From positions 496,001 to 560,000 of the forward strand of contig OZ025648.1 in assembly GCA_964019335.1 (NCBI GenBank): 64,000 nt of DNA, in the 5' to 3' direction. This document shows, piece by piece, positions 41,047-55,799 of this stretch (positions within the stretch are counted from its first letter, which is position 1; each line of letters opens with the position of its first letter). The notes below the pieces were generated by a model. It had not been told where the DNA came from. It was given only the letters and a program-made list of their open reading frames with translations, and ran no database searches. This DNA comes from Diplonema japonicum. Lineage: Eukaryota; Protista; Euglenozoa: Diplonemea. Position numbers and translations under genes: made by a program.

Positions 41047-44000
41047 AAACATAAAAACACCACAAAAGTGATGATAATCGAGTACACATATCTAGGCCGA
41101 AGCCTGTCACATTCAGACATAGGTGTGTTCGCCAAAGGGGGAGATGGCGTGCCTGGAAAAGGTGTCATATCAGGCGCAATGGTCAAGGGAGCGCCTGTAG
41201 TATTGACAACAGGGACGGAGGTCGGCGCTGCTGTGATGGCTATGTCTTCAGTTGCAGTAGGAAAGGCTTGCGAGAAAGGGGTATCGGTCACAGGGAACTG
41301 CTGAAGACGAGACGACACAACAGCAGTAGTGCTGTACGAAGACACAACAAATGACACCGCATAGTAGCAGTTATCAGTACAAGGCACAAGCTGCAGCACA
41401 GACGCCGTACGCATCTGACAATGCATATCGCTGTAACTCGTCTTCACCAACGAGATCTTGTCCACCGGAACATTGCAAAAATACGATATTGTAATTGTAA
41501 CAACCTGCACCTCCACCTTGAGAAAGCTCTGCCTTAAGCTCTCCTCAAACACCGCAAGCATCTCGTCTGTATTCTCGTTCATCTTCGTCGACTTCACCAA
41601 TACATAAAACCCCATTGTGTCCCATATATCCGGCTGCACCACAGGACTTGTATCACCTGACTCGAATGGGGCAGACTTGACCTCCAGGTCACATGCCTCA
41701 ACACATGTAACTGCTAGTCGTGTCACATGGCAATGTGTTTTCACTTTGACGTTGTGAAAGCTTGCGATGCCGCCCGTCACTTCGGCTTCTGGGTTGCCGA
41801 CTTCGTACTGGAAGGAAGGGGCAAGAACGCCTTCGCATTCTATGAACAGCTTCACTCTACTCCGTCCGTCTGCCAGTAGGGTGTTGCCCTTCTCGTCCAC
41901 CACTGTGATGTTAACGTCGAAAGCTTCCCCGATCTCCACTCGCAAGTACTGCAGTGTTGTTTGATTGTAGATGCCCGACCGCAGGCGCTCTACCGTTTTG
42001 TTTACACCGATGCTGAGTGGGATTTGGCACCCGTCTTGTGTGCATGAATGTTGCCCTGTGATCGCGATTGCCGATCTCTTGTGCATGTCCAGCTTCACCT
42101 CCACCACAATCGGTACACCTTGCAGCTGTGTTCTCGCAAGGAGTGTTTCCTCTCGTGGGAAGTGTGTGTAGGTCAACCCTGCTACATCGGCCACCCCGTC
42201 CTTCGTTGTGTAATATGGCTCTTGGATGTCCCAGTGCTGTTGTCGGCATGGTGGGGGTTCTCGTAACTCGCATGTTCCTGACCGTGTGCAGTCCTTGTCT
42301 GTGTTCGTGTCCGATCTATCCCCTGTGACGCAGGGTATGCCTTTCTCATCGACTGTCACTCGCAACCCGTCCCCTTCTGCGATTTGTACACCGTCCGTCA
42401 CTACTACACGCATCGTCACTGTGTCTCCTATGATAGCCGCCCTGTCCCCTTCCACCCACTCCCCGTTATGCAGTTTAGTGTACACCACTAAAGCTCGCAT
42501 AGTCATCTCCACTGACACTTGTGTCTCTGCCGCCCTGTGCAGCAGCAGCGTCTCCGACGTGCAGTTCGATCTGAAGACCTTAAGTCTGTGTTCGCTACAT
42601 ACCTGAAGGCGCGCGCCCCCACGCACCAAACCGCCGTTGCATCAGAAGTGGCCTGTGGTTGTGGTGTTTAGGTGTTTGTGGCATACCTGACTCACCCATA
42701 GAGTGATGTTCCAGTAGCCGGTCTTCTGGAAGGTCGCTGGCACCACGGCCCTGCCATTGCTGAGAGTGACAAGGTCGCTATGCAGTACACCGTCCCCGCT
42801 ATCGTACGCTAGGACTGCACGGGTACGGGAGTCACCGAGGGCTATCGCATCTGATAGCAAGGAGTTGATTACGATGTCAATAGGGTAGTGGCGGTACGCG
42901 ACGGGAGGGTGCGTCGCTGTGAAGGAAGTAGGAGGGCTTGTGACCGTAACCGTGATCTCTTGTAGAATGGCTGTGCTGCCGACATCTGTGATGTCGGAAA
43001 TGACACACGCCCCCATGTCGGGGAACTGTCCGGTTACGATCAGCAGCGTTTTATGTACGACCGCACCACTTATGTCAAAACAGTCCGTGATAAGGTAAGG
43101 CGCCTTGCCCAGTACCCACCCAGGGTCTTCTTCGGCAGTGAGCTCGTCCTTCAGATCGTCGAAGGCTTGGAAGACAAGTTGAATTTCTTCGCCTACTATC
43201 CTCTCGGTGCCTCCATGCATGACCCATTGTGTGAAGACCACAGGCTCAATGGAGACCTTCCACGACTCCACCCTCTCCACACCACGCACGTTGGAGATCA
43301 CACTGACGACCACCACACCCGACCCAGACGTCGCCTCGACTGACAACTCGCTTTCCCCGTTTTGAAAATTCTTATTGAAAACACCGCCTATGATACATTT
43401 GGGGCACAGCGACAGGTCGACACTCACTGTCGCACTGCCCTCATCCTCTGTCGTGTGATACAGTGCATCATCTACGCTTGTTACTGCATAGGCTTTGATG
43501 ATGTATTCAACGTGTGACCGTAGCGTCCCGAGTTGCGGGAAAACAACAACAACATCAGTGCTGACGGGGTCACTCCACGAGAGTGTTATGTCTTCCCCCA
43601 ACATGCTACGCACAGGCAGCTCCTGATGCCCCGACAAGTGCAGACGCAGCTTATAGTCTGTCAAAGGAAATGACGTGAGGCTGATGCGCATCACACCAGG
43701 GACAGTGTCTCCTGTGGGTATGCCGTTGAACACAATGCTGCCCTTTGTAACCTCTACACCAGGCCTACCGGTTGATACGTGTCGTGCACCGCTCACCGTG
43801 ACATTCTCGGTGAGGGGGACGGAGATAATGGCAGGCAGCACGCTTTGCTGCAAGTACACAGGCAGCCACGACAGGTACACAGGACCGCCCACTGCATACG
43901 AGCGGTCGAGGTTTTCATCAGCCGCGAAGGCTTCAAAGTCGAACACAACGCCCTTGACCCTGTTGGCTGCGGTGAAAACATGCCTAAGCTCTGTGAGGGG

Positions 44001-47000
44001 TTCCACGATGACCTGAGTGGGCGTGGACAGCACCGCGACACGGACTTCGTCGCCAAAGACAAAGCTGCACTTGGAGCATGCCCGTGTGTAATGAAGGCGG
44101 ACCACAGCACTCCCATTGAAAGTCGCAATGTCAGTGGTATTAGGGTACGTCTGCACAAGATCCCCTCCAGCACCGTTCCCAAACCCTTGCACGTTCTGCA
44201 CCGAGAGGGTCGTGGACGCATCCCAGTCAGGGTGTCCGTGTTGATCGGTGTAAATTGCCGCAGTGCTGAAGCTTTCCCCTTTCCGCACCAAGGGCTGCAT
44301 CACCATCATCCGCCACGACAGGCCGCAGGTCATAACTTGGCGTTCCAGCACCACGCCGTCCCAACTCCTCACAGGAAAGACACCTGACATGCCATCCCTT
44401 ATCTTGTAGTACACCCACATGGTGCACTTGGAGCATGGCCTAGTGAAGTGCGCAGTGATGGTGTTGGTGCTGGTGCGTGCGGTCCACCTGTGCGGCGGCA
44501 GAGTAGGCACCGAACACTGCGTGGCGTCGGGACTCGTCGAGAGGAACCCTCCGCTGCCGTACTTGTTTGCAGCCGTAGAGTGGCGGGCTACCACCCACAA
44601 CTCAATTTCACCAGGTGAGCGAAGGGCCCAGCCGCTGAAGAGCTGCACAGCCTCAAAATTGAAGGTGAATGGGTCGCCCACACGCACCACAGCTTCAAGA
44701 TCAGGAATGCTCTGTGAGCTAACAATGACAGACTCGGCCCTAGGAGAGAGGACAGTGAACTCCTTCGTGATCTTCACACGTTCCGAGATAACAGGTGGCA
44801 CATCAGGTGTGCCTATAAGACACTCGGTCAACGAAGCGCCTGGCAGGCAGAGGGAGAATTTCATCCTGCATTTTTGACACGGCTGAGTAAAGGACAGCCA
44901 TGCTTTTGAAAGGCCGCTAACAGTGTGAACAGCTTGCGTCGTTTCGAAGGGCGCCAACGGGTCAAAGACGGTCATCTCGATCCCGGTACTGCTCTGGTCT
45001 TTGAGCGCGTGTAATGCTAGGCCACCGCCGTCGTTGCAGCTGCGTATGTCATGTTTCTCGATTTTAATGAGCGTGTTTCCAAACGTTGCAGCACGCAGTC
45101 CCAACTCGTTCAGCACCTCTGTCTCAAAGGGGACAGGGAGGCCTACTGACACACCATCAGCATACCGCCACCCCTCACCCACATCCCCTCGCAACTTCAG
45201 GTAGTTGTCAACAGGGTATGCTAGTTGCAGATTATCAGTGCAAACTTCGCGTTTTGAAGTGACTGCGTCACGCAGTGCCCACGTCGAAACCACTTCAGGG
45301 TACAAGACGTATTGGTATCGCCTGCTGGTGGAGACAGACGCCCCACTGCCCCCATCACGTGGCGACACAGAGATGATGAACACTTCATCGTAACCCAGTG
45401 CGTGCACACCAACTAAAAGGGCGACTGTAGTCGCACCTGTGCTCTCGTAAGATGCGGTGGTGTGCCATCCTGACTCGTTTGCGAAGACCTGTCCCCTGTA
45501 CTGCACCTCGTACAACGCGCCTGTGGAGGCCATGTACTTCTTGCTGTGCAGTTCGACGTACGTCAGCAGCACGAAGCGTGTCACCGTTGCCTTGAACCCA
45601 CACAGAAGCGCACCCGCGTACAGTGAGCTGTTGCTATTCAATGTGGTCGACACGATGCCTGGTTTGTAGACGACGGGCGGCACTGGTTCGACGTGCAGCA
45701 CCACAGTAGTGCATCTCTCCATGTTAATGGGTGCCTCTTCTCTAGTGTCGTTGACACTACAGCTTCTGCTACACGTCACCAACGCGGGGCACAGCTGAAT
45801 CTCACACGCCTTGCACAACCCGGAGTACGGTGTTTGATATAACCCTATGTAGCCTCTCCCTCTTGGGGCAGAGTGATACCCAGCTGAGCGTGCGAACGTC
45901 ACCTTTCCTGACCCATACGTGTAGACAGTGGTGCTACCTGCGTCATCTGTGCCGGTAATGTCAGGGTACGTAGAGCGGAGCGTGTTCACTTGTGTGGCAC
46001 ACGAATCCCCGCACCTCCACACCACAGGAGTGCCACCTATGACTGCAGTAAAATTCCCATCTAGCGGTTCTACAGCCTCATCTTCGTCAACATCCTTCTT
46101 CATGAATTGCACGTGGAACTCGAGGTACGTCCCCACCAAGGTACGGTACGAGCCGTCAGGCTGCTGCTCAGCGCCATCTATCTTGGCCACCTTCAAGTAC
46201 CTCTGAGGCAGCGGTTTGTGTGTCTTGATTATGTTCACAGGCACGTGGCAGATCTGATCACCACTTGTGATTGGTATCAGTATCTTGGTGTTCGCCGTGC
46301 TAGCTGAGCTGACATCAGGGAACTCCAGCTTCAGGGTGAACGTGGCCATGGGTGATGCAGGCGAGATGGTTGTATTCGTATTTGTAAACGGGACGATCTT
46401 GAACTCCTTCAGCACGATGCTGCCCTGCTCGTGCAGCACTTCGCTACCGAGGACAATGTCCCATGTGGGCCATGGGCTGTACTTCTCGCCGTTCCCCGAC
46501 CATGCAGAGATGTTGAACACTGTCGTTTCAGCAGAACTGAAATAGAGCGTGGCGACGGCGGAGCTGATGCACTGCAGAGCCGCATCGTCCTTCCACAGAA
46601 AAGACTTCCTAGCTGATATGAGACCCCATGTGTCATGGAATGTCATGTCTGCACTGCACGGTATCTTCGGAGTCACAGGGATCACAGCACCCCAGCTGCC
46701 GTAGACAGGCGACGGGTCGCTAAGCAACCCATAAGGCACCACAGATGAGGTGAACAAGTGGTGGTTCGTGAAAGGTGCGAAGAAGGCATCACCGTGAGTA
46801 AACTCATCAGGTAGCCAACCTACCTCGGAATTCGTCCCTGGGAAAACAGTTACGTTAGGACTGTCCGACATATATTTTTCCGGCAAAGAAGCCAGCATTA
46901 GCTCGCATCCACGTACTCGCACACGTGTCCGGAAGACCGCCGTGAGCTCCTCCCCGTCACGTGCCAGACGCAGCATGATATTACACCCGTTGGTGCTCCT

Positions 47001-50000
47001 GCGGCATCCCTTATTGTTAAGCACTCGGAACTGAAGTCCCCAAGGGCGTGCAGAGGAGTCAGGCAGGGAGTACCCAGCCCGAAGTGGTAGAGAAGGGCCC
47101 AAGGTAGTACTGTACGCAGGGGATGTGTAGGAGTTGGCTGTGGTAGGTAGCCCCGAGGCGTCTGTGACGACGTTGAGGACGCTGTTGCCTGAGATGGGGC
47201 TCATGTCGTCATCGACCATGTTGATGGAGACGTGCCAGCTTTGGAGGTACTCCACCGACTCGTTGAACGCGTCCTGCACCACGTACGCTATGTCCACAGG
47301 GTGCAGTGCCTCTACGTAAGAACCCTCAGACGCAACGACATATGAGGAGTGGGTCCCGAAAACACCGTCGTCCACGAGTTGTATTACAGGCGGCGGTATC
47401 ACCTGCACCCCGCCCGACACCTCCAAGTGCCTCACGTCTACTATGTGCACCCTGGCGGGCTGCAGCCTTGCCACCTCGATGACGACCCTCGTCCACACCA
47501 CCTCCCCAGGGCCTCCTGACGTGATGTTTAAGTACACAAACGCTTTGTTCCGCCCCTGCCTCAAGATGGGCACCGTTCCGAATTCCAGAACACCACCTTC
47601 CCTCCAGAAGGTGTCTGTCTCAGACCACGAGGTGGACTCGAAGTCCGACTGCACCAGCGACCCTGCCGAGTCCCCTGTCACGCCGTAGTCCATTTCGGAG
47701 TAAATAACCTTAACGCCGTCAGTGGGGGAGTACAGTTCGTTCCCCTTGTATTTGGCTTGAATGGACAGGGTGCATGGCTTTCTGTCGGTGCAGAGTTTCT
47801 TGTAGCAGAACACGGAACTCGACGAGCAGTCCTGTGCGGGGATGGGTGGGGACTTGGGGTTCGTCAACACGCCGTCAACGATGACAGAATCCGGCGGATG
47901 CGGCTCCACGTTGAACCACATAGGCGGTGTGTAAATGGTCTTGTTCAACGGCTCGATGTAAGCTGCCAAGCGGATCCCGCACCCCGGGTTGGGCAGCTTC
48001 GCCACGCCATCCACGACGTTCTGCGGGCAGCCAGATCGGAATCGTAAGTTGAACCCCGCCTCCCCGTTGGTCATAAACTTCTTAAGCCCCTTGCTGCCCC
48101 ACCCATACTCCTCCGGACACACCTCGTCACTGAAAGTGTCTACTAGAAATGACGTTGTCACCAGTGTGGCAGCCTCGCGCCCCTTCGCCACCGTCGACTC
48201 CAAACAGTGCAGCGAATCGTCGTCCCAGCTGGCGGACTTCGGGCATTTCACAACCCACACAGGGAAGCCCCCCGCACTTACGACATTTATACCGTCAAAC
48301 AAGTCAGCTGTGATCTTCACAACATCCCCCGACTGCAGCACAGGGCTGTTGCTGAGGAAGCCGTCAGGTGTCCGTAGCTCACTCTCGTTCAGTGAACGGT
48401 AGGCTTGAATGGTATCCTCGCTTACTTTGATAAACTGCGCACTGCTATTGTACCACTTGGCGAGCGTGATGTCTGTGGCCAGTGAGGAGACACCCGCGAA
48501 GATGCTCGCAGTGTCATTGGGGAGAGACAGGTAGTCCAACCCCGTGTCCCTGTCAGTCGTACGGTACACTTCGTTAACCTTGCCACGCAGGAGGCAGATT
48601 TTAAAGGTTGTATCGTTGGTGTATGGCGGAGGCAGGACGAAGGTAGTGACGGTGGGGTCGAGGGTAGTCGTGAGGGGTGTCGCTGTCGGGGTGAGCAGAA
48701 ACCACGAGGCAGAACTGTCGGTAGGTGGTGGGCAGTTCCGCGAAGCGGGCACCACAGCAAGTCTATCGCGGCAAACAGTGATGTTGCACCACAGCTGTGA
48801 GGCATTACCCAGCCCCGTCACCAGGTCGTGAAGGAACACACTCTGCTGCGGCCGTGACACGGTGGCTGGTAATGCTGAGAATTCAACACCTGATTTGTTC
48901 ACCACAAGGCCGTACCCAGCATCGCTGGTCAACTGCACCCAAGACGTTGTAGACTCCATTCTGAAACACACGGAGTACACACCCTCAACAAGAGGTGCGT
49001 GGAACACTACCTCAGTCTGCCCTGCTCTGTATGTCAGCACTACACTGCCGACGTCTACCGCCTTCCCAAGGCAGCCGTGCGAGTCATTGAAAGAGGTCAC
49101 TCTGAGCTCAGATGTCTCCGTATGCCGTGTCGTGGTAACTGTGAAGCTCGTAAGCAAGACCCCTGTCTCCGCCGCCTGTGTCGTTTCCCACTTTGTTGCC
49201 TCCGCAGATACGGTAACTAGCGGCAGACGGGACTCCGATACCGCTTCCACCCACACGTCCCTTGCTGCAGGCACACGGTCCGTCAGGTGCGGGAAGTTGG
49301 TAAATACGCATATTTTGTAGTCCTTGGAGGGAAGATCACGCTCTGTTGCTGGGAAGGCAAAGTGCAGCGTAGCCTGCGGGGTGATAGCGTCAGTAGGCCC
49401 CAGGTTGGTGGTGCCTGTACTTATGTCGAAGCCCTCACCCACGTGTGCAGCATGTGGCCCGCACATCTCGGCAACACGGATCACCTTCGCAATGTCGCTC
49501 CCCGCAGAGGTGTTAAAGGTCTCCACCCGAGCTGTCCTCTTCAGCATTAACACGTTCACCCCTTGATTTCTCGCCTCCTCGATACTGTATACCACACCAC
49601 TCTCCACCACGTCATACCTCCCGTACCGGTGCCACTCGACCACTGACGTGTTCACAGCTACACATAAGTAATAGCTCCCCGCAACTTGAGGGGTAAGCAC
49701 CGAGAACGTGTATCCCCCTTCAGCCAACGTGGTTTGGGTAAAGTTTGTGGTCGATCCTGAGAAGCGGCTTTGCAGCGTGTCTGTGGGCAACGACAAGCAG
49801 TCGCTGCCTCCAGTGAGCCGAGCGAACTTTACGTTCTCTGGACCGGGAAAGGGTTGCAGCGAAGAGAATGGGCTGATGACGAAGGTTGCCACCTCGCCGC
49901 CGAGGAGCTTGCGATTCATGTGCGACGGGGAGAGGTTGGGGCACAGGCGGGGAAGGAGCGTAGTGGGGTGGATAATCCAGTTTGCCTTCGCGTGCTGCTT

Positions 50001-51938
50001 GTAGCAGATGTGGAGGTCTTTTGCTGTGGTCTTCGATGCATAGACAGCGCCCATAGCGTGCTGCACGCCGCTGACAGGTGTCGTGATAGGGGCAACATCG
50101 TCAAAGGGGTGGAACACGGTGGTGAGGTACCGATCTAGGAAGGAAGAACCTGGGGTGTTCTCAAAGGACGCAGTGCATGGTGGTCTGGAGAGGCCGGAAG
50201 CACCATCGACAGGGCACATGACACGCATGCCCTGCACGGGGCGGATGACTTCATCAGTCAGCACTTCGCATGGCGCATTAGCAGGGACTATCCTCATCAC
50301 ATCCATGCCAGGGTATAGATCGCTGTCGACGGAATTCACAACAACACCCACGTCAGCACCTTCGACAAGCCCCTCCACCTCGAAGGTCAGACTGGGTGGT
50401 GTGGTCACTGTGATTGCTGTGTCCAGCATCACCCAGTTCCTCGTGCCTTCTCTGAAGCACACGTAAACAGCGCCATCCGCAGGTAACATTAGGTTTATGT
50501 AATAAGCTTCCTCAAGGCTCTTCGAACGCACCTTTGAATTGTGCCAGCAGCCCTTTCCAGCAGGCACGACCTTGATTACAGCGTCGCCGACCCCCCCAGT
50601 CGTGCGGTTCACTAAAAGTGGCCCGTACGTCCCGCCTCTCCTGTCTGCAAGGCTCCACACGGGTTTTTGTATTGCGCTGTGCAGTGGCGCATCTTTCACA
50701 GGGATGACCCTCCACCCTGTCTTGTCACCTGCCTTTTTGTAGCACATCGTGGCAGTGGCAGGGAGTGCCTTGAACAGTCCGGCGACGCTTCCCGCTTCTC
50801 CGCTCGTGAGATTGTTTCCACCATACGACGTAGAAGGCGACCCGTCGTCGCCCCAGAACAGGCTGCTCCCTGTGAACCAGCATCCGTTATCCACGAAATC
50901 GGTTTGCAGCACATGCTTAAAGGTGTCTTGTTGTGCGAGACCCGCACCAGTGAAGGTGACCTCACCCCATGAAGGAACGAGGTCGCCCGTCGGGGTGTAC
51001 GCCACGTCCTCCTCAACGATGACGATGGTGCCTATCTTACGCCGGAGTGGGGTTGGGAAGGTGGCATTCTCCAGCAACGGGAGCAACATCTGCCTGCTGT
51101 GCAGCAGCGACACGCAGACATCAAATGGACCAGTGGCGTTGGGCAAGGTCACGTATGCCACACCATGGTACGTGGTTCCAGAGGGAATAGAAATGTGTGG
51201 ATTGGTAGTAGTGGTTCCCATAAGGCCGATCGAGGAAGCGGTGGTCCATGATCCATTGCTTTGAAGGGTGGTGTGGCCTTGGTAAGGAGTTGTGGTTAAG
51301 TTCCCGGGCTCCGCAGTGCACGGGGTCCCAACAGGGACGAGTGTTGTGGTGTCGGAAAGGCTCCTGCCGTCCGAGGTGAACACAACACCGCTCTCTTTAG
51401 ACTCAAAGAAAAGCGGGAGATGTTGGCTCCGTGTAGGCCCCGTAACGCTGAGCATCACTGCCGCAGGGAGGGACTGGAACAACAAATCGGATCGGGTTCT
51501 TGTGTACAGCCCAGGAAAGGGCAGGGCATAAGCGACCTCTGTCGAAGTATGTTTCACACAGAAATGGAAGGGCTGCCCGGCTACAGGTGCGGAAAAGGTG
51601 AAGTAGACCTTTTCTGTGAGCAAGTGCCCGTAAGAAAAGTTGCAGTTTTCATAATAAATAACGCCTTCGCACGCCACGCTCCCGGCTCGCTTCACAAGTT
51701 TTATGCAAACGGTTGTCCCTGCATCTGCCTTGAACCTCTTCACGGATTCTCCTCCCAGAATAGATCGCACTTCAGCCCGTACATCTTGCCCTTCATTGAA
51801 CTCCTTTGGTTCCACTTCCACTTCGTATCCGTCATGCCATAGCAGCGTCTCTGACACTACAATAGTTTCCGTGACCGTTGCTGTCCCTTCACTAGGGAAT
51901 ACTTGTGTACATAGTAGAATGGGTAAGAAGAGTTTCAT
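41043..51938 (-). CDS. Giant surface/secreted protein (~3,590 aa) with signal peptide and C-terminal hydrophobic (GPI/TM) tail; probable introns 42653-42695 and 42535-42602
   Basis: Start MKLFLPILLC; the 3176-aa and 528-aa ORFs can be joined through a 50-nt mini-exon; recurring Y/F-x-V/I-C-F/Y...W beta modules; Thr/Pro stalk then YVYSIIITFVVFLCL. Confidence 0.8.
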
Positions 51939-53897
51939 TGCATTTATATGAACCCAGGTGGGTTTTTTTTTCTTTTTTTTTTTTGGAATGGAATGACAAT
52001 ATAAAAAAAAAAAAAATCCAGACAAAATAAAAATAGAAAAGAGAGAAAAAAAAAAAGAAAAAAAAAGGCAAGAGAGAAATTCAGGGAGAGAAAAAAAGGG
52101 GGGGGCGCGGGGGGCAAAGGAAAGGAGAGAGAAAAAAAGTTTTGGTGAACTTCGTGATTTTTTTTTCTCCATACAAATAACTTATTTCCTTTTTTTATTG
52201 CTTTTTTTATTTCTTTTCTTTCTGTACCCTCTTTTTTTCCTCTTTTTTGCCTACTCTTCCCTCCTTCATTTTTCTTTTTTTTCCATATTCCCCCCCCCCC
52301 CCCCAGATACAAAGTAAGAAGAAAGGGGGAGGGGGGGAAACAAGGGGGGGAAGAGAAAAAAAAAGAAGCATCGAAGGAAGAAATAATCACACCAGCGAAT
52401 AAGAAAGAGATACATGGAAGATAAATAAGAAAAAAAATAGGGGCGTGAAGTGATAGCAATGACCCTTCAAAAAAAAAAAAAAAGAAATTCGAAAAGGAAA
52501 GATCAACACTTACTCATTCTCATTTTCTGAAAGTGGTTGGGAAGGGTGGCAATAGCCACGCAGAAGAAGACAGGGCTCAAAGCAGGGTGGGACCCCACCT
52601 CGTGCGCCTGTATTTGCACCACCACCCCCCCTCCCCATGGATCCTTTTTTTTCTTCTCTTCACGGGTGTAAAGAATAGCATGGCGAAAGGCAAGGAGACT
52701 CTACAGTCACCCCTTTCTATAGACATTTTTTTTTTATGCATTTTTTCTTTTCTTTTTTCCCTTTACGCTCACAGCCTAGTCCTCAGATTCCGGTTTTCAA
52801 AAAAAAAAAAAAAAAAAAAGGAGGGCGGAGGGGACAGAAGGAGAGAATTGCAGAGATTGTGTTTTCAGGTTTCTTTTCTTAAGTTGCCGATGCCTATGCC
52901 TCCCTTCAAGGAAGGAAAGGAGACAGGGCTGGCTAAACTGGGAGAGGCTAAAAAAAAAAAAAAATGAGAAAAAAAAATTTGAAAGGGGGAAAATAAAAAT
53001 AAACATTGAAGAGAAAAATATGGGGTCTTGAACTTGACTGCCAAATATCTCTTCGTGTAGGAGGGGGGGGGGGGGGGGGGGGGAGAGAGAGAGAGAGTAA
53101 ATATTGTTTGTTTTTTTTTTTGGGAGGGGGTTTTTAAAACTCTCAGTTGTGTTTCCTGTTTTGTATTTGCTTTTTTCTTTTTGATATTTCTCGCTCCTTT
53201 TTTTTTGTTCTGCTTCTTCTTTGAGATACATATCTTTCTATCACTTTTCCGCACAGCCTATGCGGAAAATAAAAAAGGGGGTGGGGGGAAAATAAAAAAT
53301 CTGTAGATGCTACATTTTATCCCGTTTCCATAAATGGAGCTATTTTTGTTTCCCGTCAGACGAAGAGGGGGGGGGGGGGGGGGGTGTTTTTATATGAAAG
53401 AAAATTCGGACATTTTGTTATAAAGCCAGAGGGCGCAGGGGTAAGAGAGGATAATAATAAAAAAAAAATTGTCTTTAAAGGGAACCTGCAGCGTGTGGCA
53501 GGATCGCCTGAATGAAAAGCTCATTCGTACAATCGCCGCGCAAAGAGGGGGAAAAAAAAATAAAGGCAGGGGAGGGAAGGAGGAGGGGGTGCAAAAAAAA
53601 AAAGAAAGTCCTTTCTGAGCCGAAGGACAGCAGGAAAAAAAAAAAGAAAAAAAATAGAAGGTTATTTATTTATTAAGGGTAATTCACTTAATACCCCCCC
53701 AAAAAAAAACCCGATGGGAAGTAGCGTGCATGCGAAGAGCGGGCATTGAGCCAGAAGGCCACATTTAGTCAGTTGCAGTGTGAATTTTCAACTTTTCTTA
53801 AGGGGGTACCAAGTGAATTACCCCTTATTTATTACTACCCTCCCCCATTCTTCCCATAATTTTCTCTCTCTGCATATATACAAACTGGAGAAGCGCT

Positions 53898-53936
<39 letters not shown>

Positions 53937-53987
53937 GGGGAGTTTTTTTTTTTTTTGTTCAAAAAAAAAAAAAAAAAGCTTTCTCTC

Positions 53988-54719
53988 TCACATAATGAGA
54001 CAATCACCACCGCAGCCTTTCGTCTGTAAAAAGGATTTTTTTTTTAAAAAAACTTTTTTAATTACCTTCGCAGGCTGTACGTTATCGCGTCCATGACCGA
54101 GCCCTCGCTGATGTGGGATTTCTCTCCGGGTGCTTTGACGTCTCACGGGCTGCTGCCGTTGTGCGTTATCGATTTCCATCTGTTGAAGTGTCATCGCAAG
54201 CTGTGCATCAGTGGCGGGCGTGTCCTCCATAGGAGGAGGGGGAGGGGGGGGCTGATGCACCACAGGAGGAGGCTGATGCACTGGTGGAGGCGGCTGGTGG
54301 TGAATCACAGCATGCTGCGCAGGATGCATCAACTGCGGTGGTGCAACAGGCTGCAACACAGGTTGCTGCTGCGGTACCTGCTGGTAGATAACCGTCGCCT
54401 GCGGCTGAGGAGATGCTTGCACAGGGTTGCCATAACCATCAATATGCTGCACGTAGACCTGATGCTGGACAGGCTGCGGTGCAGGCACCTGCTGTATCAC
54501 TATAGGTTGTGGTTGTGGCTGAGGCTGTGGCTGGTGCACAGGGGGGCTCACACTATATGCCCCGCCTCTAGAAGAATCCATTCCTCCGTACCCCCCCGAC
54601 CGCAGTGCTGGGCTGCTCCCCGCACTGCGCAGCGTTGCCGTCTGAAAGTTCCGCATGGACCTCCTCTGCTCCTGGTCCTGCAGCTTCCTCGCTATCTCTT
54701 CATCGTGCACTGTAGTCAT
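53988..54719 (-). CDS. Gln/Pro-rich protein with two UIM/MIU-like motifs and C-terminal CaaX; probable intron 54024-54065
   Basis: DEEIARKLQDQE and DAQLAMTLQQME; ends GCGGDCLIM. Confidence 0.8.
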   Translation of the reverse strand: MTTVHDEEIARKLQDQEQRRSMRNFQTATLRSAGSSPALRSGGYGGMDSSRGGAYSVSPPVHQPQPQPQPQPIVIQQVPAPQPVQHQVYVQHIDGYGNPVQASPQPQATVIYQQVPQQQPVLQPVAPPQLMHPAQHAVIHHQPPPPVHQPPPVVHQPPPPPPPMEDTPATDAQLAMTLQQMEIDNAQRQQPVRRQSTRREIPHQRGLGHGRDNVQPAKVIKKVFLKKKSFLQTKGCGGDCLIM

Positions 54720-55799
54720 GGCTTGACACCCCCCCTTTTGTTTTGTTTTTGCCTTTTTTTTTTTATGATTTGGGCGAGGAATTTAATATAAAAAAAAAAA
54801 CACGAAAAAAACCTTGGTGTATTCTGTTTTTTTTTTCTTTTCCCCCTTTGTCCTTTTTTTTATGCGGGAAAAAAAGGGGAGGGGTAAGGTAAGGGGGAGG
54901 GGGTAAGGTAAGGGGGAGGGGGTAATAAAACAAGTAAAGTGGCACAGGAATAAGTATAAAAAAATGTTTAAAGATAATGGGGGGGGATAGAATGGGCATT
55001 CAGGGGGCTAGATATAAATGAAATGTAAATGTTTCATTTCCCTTTCCGTCCTCCCCCCCTCCCCCTCGGATGTGAAACTTGATTGTAACAGTTTTGGCAG
55101 GGAAGGAGCACTGACACACGGCGCTGAGGTCCTCTAACATGGCTAGATTGAGCGAAGCATTTTTCTTCTTCTTTTCTTCTTCTTTTTTTTTCATTTCTCC
55201 AGGGGGGGGAGAATAAAGAAAGAGAGAGGGAAGAAAAAAAGCATGGGACGGCTCCATGCATGAATGAGCCCAAAGACAAACCAGAATCCTTAGAAGAAAA
55301 AATGGGAGAAAAAGAAGGGGGGGGGGGGGGACTGTTTGTTTGCTAACGGATTAAACAACAAAAACAGGCTGGTGACACAGTGTACAAAAGAAAATCAATT
55401 ACGCTGGTCCTGCCCCGGGAAAGAAACTCTTGCTGGGGTGCGTTGCGGTGAAGAGGAGGCAGCCCTTTTTCGGAGTTGCGGGTTTGCTGGGGGGATATTT
55501 TTGAAATTACAAAAAAAAAAAAAAAAAAAAAAAAAAGAGAGATAGGGAAAAAAGAGAGGCCAGGTGAAAAGGTATTTAAAAAGTCAATATACCAATTTCA
55601 ATTATTATTTTTTTTTGACCAATCATTATTAACTATGAACCATGCGAGAACATTAAAAAAAAAAAAGAGATGAGATAAAGGAGGTTCCTGTTTTGGAACG
55701 TCCCCCTTGTCTCTACTTATCTAAAAAAAAAAAAACCCACTACACACACGGAGGAGCAAGGCCTCACAACACAAAGAAAAAAAAAATATGATGTTATCA

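Noticed and set aside
51939-52459. N-terminal ORF extensions and the many poly-F/K/G/P ORFs in the track
   Set aside because: They are translations of homopolymer tracts; true starts are the downstream ATGs (e.g. 51938, 18783, 29986, 59301).
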